In this document: positions 23,811-34,197 of the stretch, in pieces
Layout of the letters: each line of letters starts with the position of its first letter
How positions within the stretch are numbered: the stretch's first letter is position 1
NCBI GenBank assembly: GCA_964291655.2
Contig: OZ219801.1
Coordinates: 256,001-320,000 of the forward strand
Origin: Chloroflexota bacterium
GTDB lineage: Bacteria; Chloroflexota; UBA11872; VXOZ01
Length of the DNA: 64,000 bases
Direction: 5' to 3'
Program-made: the position numbers and the translations under genes
The notes under the pieces: model-generated
Told to the model about the DNA's origin: nothing
The model's database searches: none
What the model saw: only the letters and a program-made list of their open reading frames with translations

Positions 23811-24568
23811 TGCCGAAATTAACTTCGTCAAAAACGCAGACCACGTCGCAGGCGGAGACGACGTCGGAGATGCAGACTTCGTCACAGACCTCGAACCTCA
23901 TTCTGCTGGGGCCACCGGGCGCGGGCAAAGGCACGCAAGCGCTGGCTCTCGCCAAGAATCTCGGCCTGCGGCACATCTCCACGGGTGAGCTCTTTCGGCA
24001 ACACATGCAAAAGGAAACCGCCTTCGGTGTGCAGGCGAGAGTCTATTACGACAAGGGCGAATATGTCCCGGATCACCTCGTCATTGCGATGGTCAGTGAA
24101 GAGCTGGCAAACCTAAACTCTGCGAAAGGCATGGTGCTGGACGGCTTTCCCCGGACCGTAGCTCAAGCCGAAGCGCTTGATGCAACACTTGCGGAAATCG
24201 GCCGACAGATCGACGTGGCTATTGTGCTTGACAGCGATACGGACCAGATTGTGGAGAGGGCCCAAGGCCGACGCATTTGTCCGGAAGGCCACACCTATCA
24301 CACGGTCAAGAACCCACCAAGCGTTGCCGACCGCTGCGATGTAGACGGCCTTCCTCTCCGTCAGCGCGTCGATGACCGCCCTGACACGGTGCGCCGGCGG
24401 ATTGACACGTACCACACCCAGACCAAGCCATTGCTGGCTTTCTACGCTGAGAGGCAACTCTTGCGAAGCGTAGACGGCAGTGGGGCCATCAGGGACGTAA
24501 CTGGGAAGATTGAGAGCGTATTAGACGATGTTGCGAGTATTGACAATAGCAGCACACAGATGGTGTAG
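23810..24568 (+). CDS. adk: Adenylate kinase
   Basis: GPPGAGKGTQ, HISTG, DGFPRT; start uncertain (Ser/Thr-rich N-terminus). Confidence 0.97.
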   Translation: MPKLTSSKTQTTSQAETTSEMQTSSQTSNLILLGPPGAGKGTQALALAKNLGLRHISTGELFRQHMQKETAFGVQARVYYDKGEYVPDHLVIAMVSEELANLNSAKGMVLDGFPRTVAQAEALDATLAEIGRQIDVAIVLDSDTDQIVERAQGRRICPEGHTYHTVKNPPSVADRCDVDGLPLRQRVDDRPDTVRRRIDTYHTQTKPLLAFYAERQLLRSVDGSGAIRDVTGKIESVLDDVASIDNSSTQMV

Positions 24569-24577
24569 CGGGTGCAG

Positions 24578-25336
24578 ATGACGCGAGCGATACAGCTAAA
24601 GACCCCGCGACAGTTGCGTTTCATGCGCCAAGCGGGTAAGATAGTAGCAGAAGTCCTTGCGCTCCTCGGCGAGCATACTGTGCCCGGCGCAACCACGGCA
24701 GAGTTGGACGCGCTGGCAGAAGCCGAGATAAAGAAGCGCGGGGCTGTGCCGTCTTTCAAGGGGTATCACGGCTTTCCTTGTACGATTTGTGCGTCGGTAA
24801 ATGAGCAAGTAGTGCACGGTATCCCAAGCGGGTACCGTTTGAATGAAGGCGACATTCTAAGTATCGATGTAGGCGCCATCTACAAAGGATGGCACGGCGA
24901 TGCAGCGGTCACGTACGCGGTCGGCCGAGCGAATGCACAGGCGGAACGCGTGATGAGCGCAACGAAAGAGGCACTGCAACGCGGCATTGCGGCAGCGGTG
25001 CCGGACAATCACCTTGGAGACATTGGGTTCGCCATTCAATCGTGGGTGGAGGCGCAAGGGCTTGCCGTAATTCGAGACTTTGTTGGACATGGCATCGGAA
25101 AAGTAATGCACGAGGCCCCGCAAGTGCCAAACTTTGGTGAGGCAGGTGCAGGGGTCAAATTACTGCCCGGCATGACCATTGCCATCGAGCCAATGGTGTC
25201 TGTCGGGGATTGGCGGGTTAAGGTGCTCGACGATGGGTGGACCGCAGTGACCGCGGATGGAAGTCTCTCCGCCCACTACGAGCATTCTATCGTCATTACA
25301 GATGACGGGCCGGAAATACTTACGAGAGTTGCGTAG
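24578..25336 (+). CDS. map: Methionine aminopeptidase type I
   Basis: SVNEQVVHGIP, GHGIG, EPM, SAHYEH. Confidence 0.97.
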   Translation: MTRAIQLKTPRQLRFMRQAGKIVAEVLALLGEHTVPGATTAELDALAEAEIKKRGAVPSFKGYHGFPCTICASVNEQVVHGIPSGYRLNEGDILSIDVGAIYKGWHGDAAVTYAVGRANAQAERVMSATKEALQRGIAAAVPDNHLGDIGFAIQSWVEAQGLAVIRDFVGHGIGKVMHEAPQVPNFGEAGAGVKLLPGMTIAIEPMVSVGDWRVKVLDDGWTAVTADGSLSAHYEHSIVITDDGPEILTRVA

Positions 25337-25348
25337 ACGGAGAACGCG

Positions 25349-25573
25349 GTGCCAAAGAAGAAAGACACGATAGAAATCGAGGGCGTTGTGCAAGATGTCC
25401 TTCCCAACGCAGTGTTTCGTGTCGAACTGGACAACGGGCATGAAGTTACGGCACATCTTTCCGGAAAGCTAAGACTTAACTTTATTCGCGTAGGCGCGGG
25501 CGATCGCGTTACGGTGGAGTTATCGCCGTACGATCTGACCCGTGGCAGGATTACTTGGCGAGGGAGGAGGTAG
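25349..25573 (+). CDS. infA: Translation initiation factor IF-1
   Basis: [20 protein letters not shown]. Confidence 0.98.
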   Translation: MPKKKDTIEIEGVVQDVLPNAVFRVELDNGHEVTAHLSGKLRLNFIRVGAGDRVTVELSPYDLTRGRITWRGRR

Positions 25574-25578
25574 TTCGC

Positions 25579-25692
25579 ATGAAGGTGCAGGCGTCCGTCA
25601 AGCGGCGCTGTGAGCAGTGCAAGGTGGTGCGACGTAAGAGGGTCGTCCGTATCATTTGCACGAATCCTCGCCATAAACAACGACAGGGATAA
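25579..25692 (+). CDS. rpmJ: 50S ribosomal protein L36
   Basis: Below the ORF-track cutoff; manual translation [37 protein letters not shown]. Confidence 0.97.
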   Translation: MKVQASVKRRCEQCKVVRRKRVVRIICTNPRHKQRQG

Positions 25693-25744
25693 CCGGAATA
25701 CTGCAAATCGAAGTGGGCCGGGCATCGTTCACAGGAGGAGCAGC

Positions 25745-26128
25745 ATGGCACGAATTGTGGGAGTAGACCTGCCACGAGAGAAGCACATCTGGGTAGGGCT
25801 TACGTACATCTACGGCATCGGCCGTACGACGTCACACAGGATTCTGGATAAAGCCCAAGTGATGCCGGACACGAAGGTGCAGGATCTCACGGAAGATGAG
25901 GTTAACCGCATTCGCGAGGTAATCACCGCAAACCACATTGTGGAAGGCGATCTCCGCCGCGAAGTGCAGCAAAATATCGGGCGGCTCATAGAAATCGGGT
26001 GTTACCGTGGCATGCGCCATCGACGGGGCCTGCCAGCTCACGGTCAACGCACGCGGACAAATGCCCGAACACGCAAGGGTCGGCCCAAGACTGTCGCCGG
26101 CCGCAAGCGTGCAATCATGAAGAAGTAG
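25745..26128 (+). CDS. rpsM: 30S ribosomal protein S13
   Basis: [10 protein letters not shown] after AGGAGG; [20 protein letters not shown]. Confidence 0.98.
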   Translation: MARIVGVDLPREKHIWVGLTYIYGIGRTTSHRILDKAQVMPDTKVQDLTEDEVNRIREVITANHIVEGDLRREVQQNIGRLIEIGCYRGMRHRRGLPAHGQRTRTNARTRKGRPKTVAGRKRAIMKK

Positions 26129-26148
26129 CTTACGTAGGGGTATAGGTA

Positions 26149-26538
26149 ATGCCGGAAACACGCTCACGTCCACGCAGGCGCGAAAGACGCACCGTAGCAC
26201 GCGGCAAGGCGTTTGTTCAGTCCACGTTCAACAATACGCTCATTACAATCACCGATATGAACGGGAACACCCTGTGCTGGGCAAGTTCAGGATCGGCCGG
26301 CTTCAAGGGATCCCGCAAGGGCACACCGTATGCCGCCCAGGTTGCAGCGGAAACAGTAGCCCGCAAGGCAGCCGACTTTGGCATGGGGCAGGTGGAAGTC
26401 TCCCTCAAGGGCCCGGGATCCGGGCGGGAGTCTGCAGTCCGATCGCTGCAAGCGGGTGGGTTGCAGGTGATGAGCATTACCGACGTAACACCCGTTCCGC
26501 ACAACGGCCCACGCCCGCCCCGGCGTAGGCGCGTGTAG
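26149..26538 (+). CDS. rpsK: 30S ribosomal protein S11
   Basis: [22 protein letters not shown]. Confidence 0.98.
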   Translation: MPETRSRPRRRERRTVARGKAFVQSTFNNTLITITDMNGNTLCWASSGSAGFKGSRKGTPYAAQVAAETVARKAADFGMGQVEVSLKGPGSGRESAVRSLQAGGLQVMSITDVTPVPHNGPRPPRRRRV

Positions 26539-26565
26539 TTAGTACAGGAGTTCTGAGGAGAGGAT

Positions 26566-27195
26566 ATGGCACGTTATGTTGGCCCCGTGTGTCGGCTGTG
26601 CCGCCGGGAAGGGCAAAAGCTATTCCTAAAAGGCGACAAGTGCTTCACACCGAAGTGCCCGATTGAAAAACGGAGGAATCCCCCGGGAATGCACGGAGGA
26701 ATGCGACGCAGGCTGTCTGACTACGGCTTGCGCTTGCGGGAGAAGCAAAAGGCACGGCGCATGTATGGCATATTCGAGCGCCAGTTTCGCAAGTATTTCG
26801 AGCTTGCCACGTCGCGCCCGGGCGTAACGGGGTCTACTCTCCTTCAGTTGCTCGAGAGTCGGCTGGACAATGTCGTGTATCGACTTGGCTTCGCTTCGTC
26901 TCGCGCTGCGGCACGGCAGATTGTGTGCCACGGTCACTTTGCGCTCAACGGCCGCAAGTGCGATATACCCTCGGCGCTCATTGGAGAAGGTGACGTGGTC
27001 GGCGTCAGTACAGGTAGCCGCAATAATGAATACTTCAAGATCGCCGCGGAACGCCTGGATTCGGTAGCAGTGCCGAATTGGCTCTCCCTCGACCGCGAGA
27101 AGCTAGAGGGCAAAGTGCTTTCCTTGCCGACACGCCAAGAAATCGATGCTGACCTTAACGAACAATTGATCGTTGAGTATTACTCACGGCGATAG
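26566..27195 (+). CDS. rpsD: 30S ribosomal protein S4
   Basis: [33 protein letters not shown]. Confidence 0.98.
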   Translation: MARYVGPVCRLCRREGQKLFLKGDKCFTPKCPIEKRRNPPGMHGGMRRRLSDYGLRLREKQKARRMYGIFERQFRKYFELATSRPGVTGSTLLQLLESRLDNVVYRLGFASSRAAARQIVCHGHFALNGRKCDIPSALIGEGDVVGVSTGSRNNEYFKIAAERLDSVAVPNWLSLDREKLEGKVLSLPTRQEIDADLNEQLIVEYYSRR

Positions 27196-27282
27196 GTTGG
27201 CCGCACCATTCAAGTGCGCCGGCACTTTGGGCCGCACAACGCAAAGTCACGAGCATATCTGTGTATTGGGAGGTAATTCCCA

Positions 27283-28248
27283 TTGGAACTGCAGGAAGTT
27301 CAACCAGAAGTCAGAGTTATTGAAAGTGAAGAGAATTACGGCCATTTTCGCATTGAGCCGCTAAAACGTGGGTATGGCCACACGTTGGGCAATGCGATGC
27401 GACGGGTGCTCCTTTCATCGCTTCCCGGCGCTGCAATATCGTCCATCCGGATTACGGGAGTTCTTCACGAATTCGCTGACATTCCCGATGTGACCGAAGA
27501 TGTCACGCAAATTATTTTGAACATCAAACGCATCCGGTTGACATCCTCGGCCGATGTTCCTATTGATCTCTACCTATCCGTCAACCGCGAAGGCATTGTG
27601 ACAGCCTCTGATATCCAGTGTCCGCCTGAGGTCAATATTGTTAATCCTGATCAGTTGATTGCGACATTGGATTCCGATAGCGCCGAATTGGAGATGAATT
27701 TGACGGTAGAACAAGGTATCGGATTTACGCTTTCCAATACACAGGAAGATACACCGATCGGTGTCGTGCCCGTAGATGCGATCTTCACGCCAATCCGGCG
27801 GGTAGAATACCGCGTGGAGCACGCCCGCGTCGGTCAGGTGACTGACTTGGACGCACTCATCCTCCGCGTGTGGACTGATGGCACGCTCACCCCGGAAACG
27901 GCGCTGGGTCAGAGTGGGCAGATACTGTGCGACTACTTCTCGCTCATCCGCGACTTCCATCCCCTCGCGCAACGCATAGAAGTTGGCATCGCGCGCCCGG
28001 ATCCAATTACATCGACGCCGCTTGAATCCTTGCAATTGCAAAATCGCGCCTACAACGCCCTGCGGCGCGGCGGCATAAGTACCGTAGAACAGCTGCTCGC
28101 CATGGATGAAGATAACCTTTTGAATATTCAGGGGCTGGGCGCAAAGACGTTGTCCGAGGTCAAAGAGAGACTGGCACAGAGCGACCTCTTCCTAACGGAA
28201 TCAAATGGTACAGGCAGTGCCGAGGAAGTAGAGGAGGTGCCCGTGTGA
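27283..28248 (+). CDS. rpoA: RNA polymerase alpha subunit
   Basis: EPLKRGYGHTLGNAMRRVLLSS, VDAIFTP; TTG start after GGAGGT. Confidence 0.98.
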   Translation: MELQEVQPEVRVIESEENYGHFRIEPLKRGYGHTLGNAMRRVLLSSLPGAAISSIRITGVLHEFADIPDVTEDVTQIILNIKRIRLTSSADVPIDLYLSVNREGIVTASDIQCPPEVNIVNPDQLIATLDSDSAELEMNLTVEQGIGFTLSNTQEDTPIGVVPVDAIFTPIRRVEYRVEHARVGQVTDLDALILRVWTDGTLTPETALGQSGQILCDYFSLIRDFHPLAQRIEVGIARPDPITSTPLESLQLQNRAYNALRRGGISTVEQLLAMDEDNLLNIQGLGAKTLSEVKERLAQSDLFLTESNGTGSAEEVEEVPV

Positions 28249-28598
28249 GAAAGAGAATGTATGTTCGCAGGTTAAACCGGGATAAAGGCAAGCGGGAATC
28301 ACTTTGCCGAAACTTGCTTGGCACCCTTGTGCTGAACGGCGAGGTGCACACGACGACAGCACGTGCCAAAGAGATACGCTCACGCGTGGAGCGGCTGATC
28401 ACTCTCGCGAAGCGCGGCGATCTGCATGCCCGGCGACAAGCGCTCTCACGTCTTCCCCACCAAGAGGCGGTGCATCATCTTTTTGAAGAACTCGGACCCC
28501 GCTATGCCGACAGGCCGGGCGGGTATACGCGTGCCTTGCGGCTTGGCACCCGCCGGGGCGATGGCGCGCCTATAATGATGGTCCAGTTGGTGGAGTAG
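28245..28598 (+). CDS. rplQ: 50S ribosomal protein L17
   Basis: TTTARAKE, ERLITLAK, RPGGYTR, RRGDGA. Confidence 0.97.
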   Translation: MRKRMYVRRLNRDKGKRESLCRNLLGTLVLNGEVHTTTARAKEIRSRVERLITLAKRGDLHARRQALSRLPHQEAVHHLFEELGPRYADRPGGYTRALRLGTRRGDGAPIMMVQLVE

Positions 28599-28697
28599 CG
28601 TCGGAGATAACCGGACACGGGGAAACCCCGTAGCCGCTCACATCATGTAGAATAGGCAAGCAGCAAACGAAAGGGCAGAGGTAAGAAGGGAACCAGT

Positions 28698-29486
28698 ATT
28701 GGCGCTCGTATAGCGGCAAATGACACCGCTACGTACCGCTGCCGCGTTGCCTATGACGGCACACCATACCATGGGTTTCAAGTGCAGGTTGGCAAGCCAA
28801 CCGTACAGGAGGAACTGGAGAAGGCAATTGGGCGCATCACACGGCAGTCAACCCGGGTGGTGGCCGCAGGTCGAACGGATGCCGGCGTGCACGCCACGGG
28901 ACAGGTCATTCACTTTCGATCGGACTGGCAACACACGCCCGCAGAACTTGAGCGGGCACTGAACGCGGTCTTGCCGGAAACGATAGCCGTAGCCGAGTTA
29001 GAATATGCCGAACCGGGGTTTCATGCCCGTTACAGCGCAAAGAGCAGGTGCTACCGATACGACATCTTGAATAGTGTGACCCGGTCTCCTATCCGGCACC
29101 GATTCGCTCTCCATCACAGAAGACCGCTGGATGTCGAAGCAATGCATCTAGCTCTGCAGAGTCTGGTCGGAACGCATGATTTTCAGGCTCTTGCCGGGGG
29201 AGAAGACCCAGACGCGAGCACCGTACGAAGCCTGACCCGTGCCACGTGCCGCCGTTGCGAAGATACCGTGCGCATTCTAGTGGAAGCAAATGCGTTCTTA
29301 CGCCACATGGTGCGGCGAATTGTTGGGACCGCGTTGGAAATTGGTGAAGGTCGCAAGCCGACTGAACATATGGAACGAGTACTGACTGCAAGAGACAAGG
29401 CACTGGCAGGGCCGACAGCTCCCGCCAAAGGGCTATTCTTGATCCGGGTAACCTACCCGGACACATTTGCCCTAATGAGGAAGTAA
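28698..29486 (+). CDS. truA: tRNA pseudouridine(38-40) synthase; start codon anomalous
   Basis: [11 protein letters not shown] (upstream of the track start), [38 protein letters not shown]. Confidence 0.93.
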   Translation: MGARIAANDTATYRCRVAYDGTPYHGFQVQVGKPTVQEELEKAIGRITRQSTRVVAAGRTDAGVHATGQVIHFRSDWQHTPAELERALNAVLPETIAVAELEYAEPGFHARYSAKSRCYRYDILNSVTRSPIRHRFALHHRRPLDVEAMHLALQSLVGTHDFQALAGGEDPDASTVRSLTRATCRRCEDTVRILVEANAFLRHMVRRIVGTALEIGEGRKPTEHMERVLTARDKALAGPTAPAKGLFLIRVTYPDTFALMRK

Positions 29487-29500
29487 GAGGACACACAGAC

Positions 29501-29965
29501 ATGAAGACTCCGGAAACTGCCGTGACACGGCCCAGTGACGTGGAACATCGTTGGTATGTGGTTGACGCCACGGGACAGACCCTCGGCAGGCTCGCGACAC
29601 GCATCGCGCACGTGCTGCGCGGCAAGCACAAGCCCCATTACGCTCCGAACATTGACACCGGAGACTACGTGATTGTAGTCAACGCTGCCAAAGTCGCTGT
29701 CACCGGCCGCAAACTTGAGCAGAAGACGTACTACCGTCATTCAGGCTATCCCAGCGGCCTCAGCGCAGTCCTCTTGGAAGACCAGCTTGAGCGGCGCCCT
29801 CATCGCGTAATTGAGCATGCGGTGCGGGGTATGCTTCCCCACAACCGTTTGGGCCGAGCTATGTTCAAGAAACTAAAAGTCTATGGCGGGCCTGAACATC
29901 CACACGAAGCCCAACAGCCTGAGCCATTTCTCGTGAGCACGACAGGAGCTAATGCCGATGAGTAG
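29501..29965 (+). CDS. rplM: 50S ribosomal protein L13
   Basis: WYVVDA, LGRLAT, GKHKP, HSGYP, GMLP. Confidence 0.98.
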   Translation: MKTPETAVTRPSDVEHRWYVVDATGQTLGRLATRIAHVLRGKHKPHYAPNIDTGDYVIVVNAAKVAVTGRKLEQKTYYRHSGYPSGLSAVLLEDQLERRPHRVIEHAVRGMLPHNRLGRAMFKKLKVYGGPEHPHEAQQPEPFLVSTTGANADE

Positions 29966-30356
29966 TGATGGTAACGCCCAGTACTACGTAGGAGTAGGGC
30001 GACGCAAGGAGGCCGTGGCACGAATCCGTCTCTATAGCGGCGAGCGCGGTATCGTTGTCAACGGCCGGCCGATTGAGGACTACTTTCCGCGCATCATGCA
30101 CCAGAACGTCGTGCAGGAGCCACTTGACCTGGTTGGCGCCAGCTTTCGTGTATCGGCAAAAGTGGTCGGCGGCGGCATCAGCGGTCAGGCGGAAGCAATT
30201 CGCCATGGAGTTGCACGCGCACTCGTTAACGCGAACGATCAATATCGCCTCTCGTTGCGCAAGTCCGGGATGCTCACCCGGGACGCCCGTGTCAAAGAAC
30301 GCAAGAAGTACGGTCTCAAGCGCGCCCGCAAAGCGCCTCAGTACACAAAGCGCTAA
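29952..30356 (+). CDS. rpsI: 30S ribosomal protein S9
   Basis: [32 protein letters not shown]. Confidence 0.98.
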   Translation: MPMSSDGNAQYYVGVGRRKEAVARIRLYSGERGIVVNGRPIEDYFPRIMHQNVVQEPLDLVGASFRVSAKVVGGGISGQAEAIRHGVARALVNANDQYRLSLRKSGMLTRDARVKERKKYGLKRARKAPQYTKR

Positions 30357-30919
30357 GACTCCTGCAGCCGCATTGCCGGAGCACCCTCACCGTCGCTTGG
30401 GCCTGCAAGTTCAAGAATGAATCGCTCTCGCTCAGGTAATTCTTCCAAACTGGCAAGACCGAAATACTTGAGAAATTCGAACGTTGTGGCGTACTCAATC
30501 GGTCTGCCCGGAGTTTGGCGTCTCTCGCCCGCAGCTACGAACTCACGGCTGAGCAACACTGCCAGGGTGTGGTCCGAGTTCACCCCTCGAATTCGTTCAA
30601 TGTCCGCACGCGTAACCGGCTGGTAGTAAGCAATAACCGCGAGGGTTTCCAAGGCTGCGCGAGAGAGTCGTTCCCCACGGTGCACGCCGAGCAGCGTGCG
30701 AATGTACGGCGCCACGCCCGGATGCGAGACGAGCAAGAATGCGCCGTTCTGCTCCTGTAGCAGAATCCCCCGGTCATACCAGGCAGTCTTGAATTCTTCT
30801 AAGACCGCGGTTACGGCCCGGGATGGCTCACCCGTAATCCGTGCCAACTCCTGAACGGTAAGCGGTCGCTCGGCGACAAACAAAAGCCCCTCGAGCAGAG
30901 CGGCAAGTGGCAACGGCAT
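30353..30919 (-). CDS. scpB: SMC-Scp complex subunit ScpB
   Basis: LEGLLFVA, LSRAALETLAVIAYYQPVTRADIERIRGV, PGRP..Y.TT..FL.YFGL; start at ATG 30919. Confidence 0.95.
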   Translation of the reverse strand: MPLPLAALLEGLLFVAERPLTVQELARITGEPSRAVTAVLEEFKTAWYDRGILLQEQNGAFLLVSHPGVAPYIRTLLGVHRGERLSRAALETLAVIAYYQPVTRADIERIRGVNSDHTLAVLLSREFVAAGERRQTPGRPIEYATTFEFLKYFGLASLEELPERERFILELAGPSDGEGAPAMRLQES

Positions 30920-30923
30920 ACAA

Positions 30924-31712
30924 TCACCTTCCGCGATTTGAGACCCCGTCGGCAGCGCCATGCGCGGGCACAGCCACCGGGTCCCCCTCGGACTCACCGG
31001 CTTGCCCGGAGTCTATCGGCAGAATGAGGATGTCCGCGTAGAGTTCGGCCTGCCGTACCGTAGCCTTACGTAATCGCAGATACTCCAGCACCGCCAAGAA
31101 GGCCACGACAATCTCTTCCAGTGATTCCGCAGGTTCGATGAGTTCGCGAAATCCGGTTTGGCCGTGGAGCACTAGGAGCGTCCCAATGCGGCCGACGTAC
31201 GTCTCGATATGTACCGTGCGTCGCGCCACCGGCGGTAGTTCGTCTTCCTTCTCCTCCAGCATTGCGGCAAGCGCACTCACCAGGTCATCGGGCGCATAGC
31301 TCACAAGGTCGGCCTGTACCAGGGGCAAGGGCATCGGTGCGGCGGCAGTGCGCTGGTATGCGACGTCGCGATCCTCCTGCCAGGCGGCAACCGTTTCCAT
31401 CAACCGCTTAAAACGCTCATATCCCCGCAATTGGTCCTCCAGAGATTCTTCAGTCTCTTCCAACATGTCCTGAGGCTCATGCAATGGGGCCTGGGATTTC
31501 CCAAGCATGAGTTGGGCCGCCACACGAAGGAATGCCGCCAGCAGCGGACCGTCCTGTTCCTTCATGCCGTGCACGTATGCGAGGAATTGCTGCGTAACCA
31601 CGACGAGGGACAATTCCGTTATGTCTAGTTTCTGTTCCTGGATGAGCCGCAGCAAGACATCCAAGGGCCCTTCGAAAATCTCCAGGCGAACGGAAGGTAA
31701 GGGAGATCCCAT
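30924..31712 (-). CDS. scpA: Segregation/condensation protein ScpA (kleisin)
   Basis: FEGPLDVLL.LI, IVVAFLAVLE; adjacent to scpB. Confidence 0.93.
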   Translation of the reverse strand: MGSPLPSVRLEIFEGPLDVLLRLIQEQKLDITELSLVVVTQQFLAYVHGMKEQDGPLLAAFLRVAAQLMLGKSQAPLHEPQDMLEETEESLEDQLRGYERFKRLMETVAAWQEDRDVAYQRTAAAPMPLPLVQADLVSYAPDDLVSALAAMLEEKEDELPPVARRTVHIETYVGRIGTLLVLHGQTGFRELIEPAESLEEIVVAFLAVLEYLRLRKATVRQAELYADILILPIDSGQAGESEGDPVAVPAHGAADGVSNRGR

Positions 31713-31716
31713 AGTA

Positions 31717-32451
31717 CTAACCCAAGAATAGGCGCATGAGGAATGTGACCGGTGGACCGAGGATGGCTTGAAATATCCCAATCCTCAGGAACCACTGGTC
31801 TAAGAGAACAATGATAAGCAAGACAAATGGTCCCTGCAGTTCAAGCCACGAAATGGAAGGCACAACGTGCCGGGGCAAGAAGCGCAGAAGAATGCGGTAG
31901 CCGTCCAACGGCGGGATCGGGATAATATTGAAGACGGCCAGCGCGATATTGATTTGCACGACGATTGCAAGCATCGTCACTATGGTCACGGTGGTGCTGT
32001 CCGAAGTCGCATCGAGCGAGGAAATCAGATTCCGGATAAGAAAGCCAATTGCGGCCGCAACCACAAGATTGGCCGCAGGACCTGCGGCAGCCACCATGGC
32101 CCCTCCTGAAATGGGGCCGTTGCGTAGGTTAGCGGGATTATAGGGCACAGGCTTACCCCAACCGAAGCCGATTAGAAAGATCATGATGGTTCCCATCAGG
32201 TCTAGATGGGAGAGAGGATTGAGCGTCAGCCTTCCCCGAGAGCTGGCCGTAGGGTCTCCCAGCCGATTAGCCATCCAAGCATGACTAAATTCATGCACAG
32301 AGATACCAACAACGAGCGCAAGGAGCAGACCGAGAAATACCGCTGGGTTTCCTAGCTGGGCAAGCAAATCTGACCTCGCGTCGGACAGGATGGAGAGCGG
32401 ACAGGCAGTCACTTTCATCGTAGCACTGAGCCCATAAAATGACAACGTCAC
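31717..32451 (-). CDS. Site-2 protease family (M50) membrane metalloprotease
   Basis: HEFSH, LGDPT..GRLTLNP, AAAGP, FNIIPIPPLDG; start uncertain. Confidence 0.92.
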   Translation of the reverse strand: MTLSFYGLSATMKVTACPLSILSDARSDLLAQLGNPAVFLGLLLALVVGISVHEFSHAWMANRLGDPTASSRGRLTLNPLSHLDLMGTIMIFLIGFGWGKPVPYNPANLRNGPISGGAMVAAAGPAANLVVAAAIGFLIRNLISSLDATSDSTTVTIVTMLAIVVQINIALAVFNIIPIPPLDGYRILLRFLPRHVVPSISWLELQGPFVLLIIVLLDQWFLRIGIFQAILGPPVTFLMRLFLG

Positions 32452-32552
32452 TTGTCGTTACTAAGCGCTTTTGCTACGATTAAGCAAGCCGCCAAATCTG
32501 GGGCGCAGTTTTATTTGTCCTGAGTGGGTTAAAAACTGGAGCAAGCGACTTA

Positions 32553-32879
32553 ATGCGTGCAAGTGCTGCCCATGTAGATCCTGTGGAGATGTTTACGGGC
32601 GTACATCGCAAGACGTTGGCATATGGCGACAAGGCCATGATTTGCCAGATTGCATTTGCGCCCGGCGGCGATGTACCTCTGCACAATCACCCCAACGAAC
32701 AAACAGGGTATGTGCTGGAAGGCACGCTAAAGTTGACCATCGGCGAGGAATTGCTGATACTCAAGCCGGGCGAGACGTATGTGATACCCGGCCATACGCC
32801 GCATGCCGCCACCGCTGACGAGCCCACCGTTGTGCTAGACATCTTTTCGCCGCCGCGCGAGGACTATAAGGATAGCTAG
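32553..32879 (+). CDS. Cupin-2 domain protein
   Basis: [31 protein letters not shown]. Confidence 0.88.
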   Translation: MRASAAHVDPVEMFTGVHRKTLAYGDKAMICQIAFAPGGDVPLHNHPNEQTGYVLEGTLKLTIGEELLILKPGETYVIPGHTPHAATADEPTVVLDIFSPPREDYKDS

Positions 32880-33051
32880 GCGGTAATCCGCTGTGCCTCT
32901 GGCATTATTCATTGCTGAGTGGTCAGGCGGTGCCGGTCGGGAGAGTTGCGGCCCACAGAGCATTGGGGACGAGATCGAACAAAATTGGCAACAACAGCCT
33001 GCAATTCAAGAACTAACATGACAGAACACCAATTTGAGGAGGAAGTGCGCT

Positions 33052-33294
33052 TTGCTTAGGATCCGTCTTGTTCGCATTGGTAAACGAAAACAACCCCACT
33101 ACCGGGTTGTCGTAGCCGACTCCAAGGTGGCGCGCAATGGGCGTCATGTAGAACTGTTGGGACACTATAATCCACGGACCGAGCCTTCAACTGTGGAGAT
33201 CGATACGGAGCGTGCGCAAAAGTGGTTGCAGCAGGGCGCACAGCCTTCAGACCGCGTGCGCAAGCTGCTTAAGATTGCCGGATTGGAGATCTGA
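33052..33294 (+). CDS. rpsP: 30S ribosomal protein S16
   Basis: TTG start after GAGGAGG; IRL.R.G....PHYRVVVADS, GAQPSDRV. Confidence 0.97.
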   Translation: MLRIRLVRIGKRKQPHYRVVVADSKVARNGRHVELLGHYNPRTEPSTVEIDTERAQKWLQQGAQPSDRVRKLLKIAGLEI

Positions 33295-33296
33295 GG

Positions 33297-33632
33297 ATGA
33301 ATCAAAGGCGATCCGGCAGACCGCGTGATGGTGGGCGTCGAGGACCGCGGCAGTGGGGCGGCGGCGGCCGCGACTATCGCGGCGACAGCGGCACAATCCC
33401 GGCCCTGACTGGCCTCATTGAGTTCGTTGCTTACGGCTTGGTGCGCAACGTGGACGCGGTACAGGTGCGTGAAATCGTGCGCTCTCAAGCTGTAGTCTAC
33501 GAACTGCGCGTCGCTGAGGAAGACAAAGGACGAGTGATTGGCAAGGACGGTCGTATCGCGCAAGCCCTACGCACGGTAATGCGCGCGGCGGCTGGAGAAT
33601 CGAGCCGACGTGTCGCGCTTGACATCATCTGA
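33297..33632 (+). CDS. khpA: KH-domain RNA-binding protein (KhpA/YlqC type)
   Basis: DKGRVIGKDGR GxxG KH motif; between rpsP and rimM. Confidence 0.88.
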   Translation: MNQRRSGRPRDGGRRGPRQWGGGGRDYRGDSGTIPALTGLIEFVAYGLVRNVDAVQVREIVRSQAVVYELRVAEEDKGRVIGKDGRIAQALRTVMRAAAGESSRRVALDII

Positions 33633-34197
33633 TCAGCCGGGCGAACAGATCACTGCTGAGGGAGCGAGTACCGTAGACCGGGGCGACGCGTACGACGGCT
33701 GGATCATCATCGGCCGGGTGACGGCCGCCCACGGTGTGCGGGGCGAAATTCGCGTAGACATTCGTACCGACTTCCCAGAGCGCTTTCAAAATCTCAAGCG
33801 TCTGTATATCGGTGAATCGCATACACCGCATCGCATAGAGAAAGTGCGCTTTACACCAAAAGGCGCGCTGCTGAAGCTCGCTGGCATTGACTTTCGTGAC
33901 ACTGCAAGTAAGCTTGCCCGCTCGTACATCGCGCTCCCCGAATCTGAAATGCCGCCACTCCCTGACGGCAGCTTTCATCACCACCAGATTAAGGGACTGG
34001 GAGTCTACACGGTTGATGACTGCTATCTCGGCACCGTCGCAGAGATAATCGCTACCGGCAGTAACGACGTATACATCGTGCGCGGCGATCAGACTGGGGA
34101 GATTCTTCTGCCCGCTATTGCCGAGGTAGTACACGACATAGACTTGGAAACCCAACGCATAGTCGTTCACCTCATTCCCGGTTTAGTGCCCGATTGA
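33610..34197 (+). CDS. rimM: 16S rRNA processing protein RimM
   Basis: IGRV..AHGVRGE, TGSNDVY, LLPAI. Confidence 0.95.
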   Translation: MSRLTSSDQPGEQITAEGASTVDRGDAYDGWIIIGRVTAAHGVRGEIRVDIRTDFPERFQNLKRLYIGESHTPHRIEKVRFTPKGALLKLAGIDFRDTASKLARSYIALPESEMPPLPDGSFHHHQIKGLGVYTVDDCYLGTVAEIIATGSNDVYIVRGDQTGEILLPAIAEVVHDIDLETQRIVVHLIPGLVPD

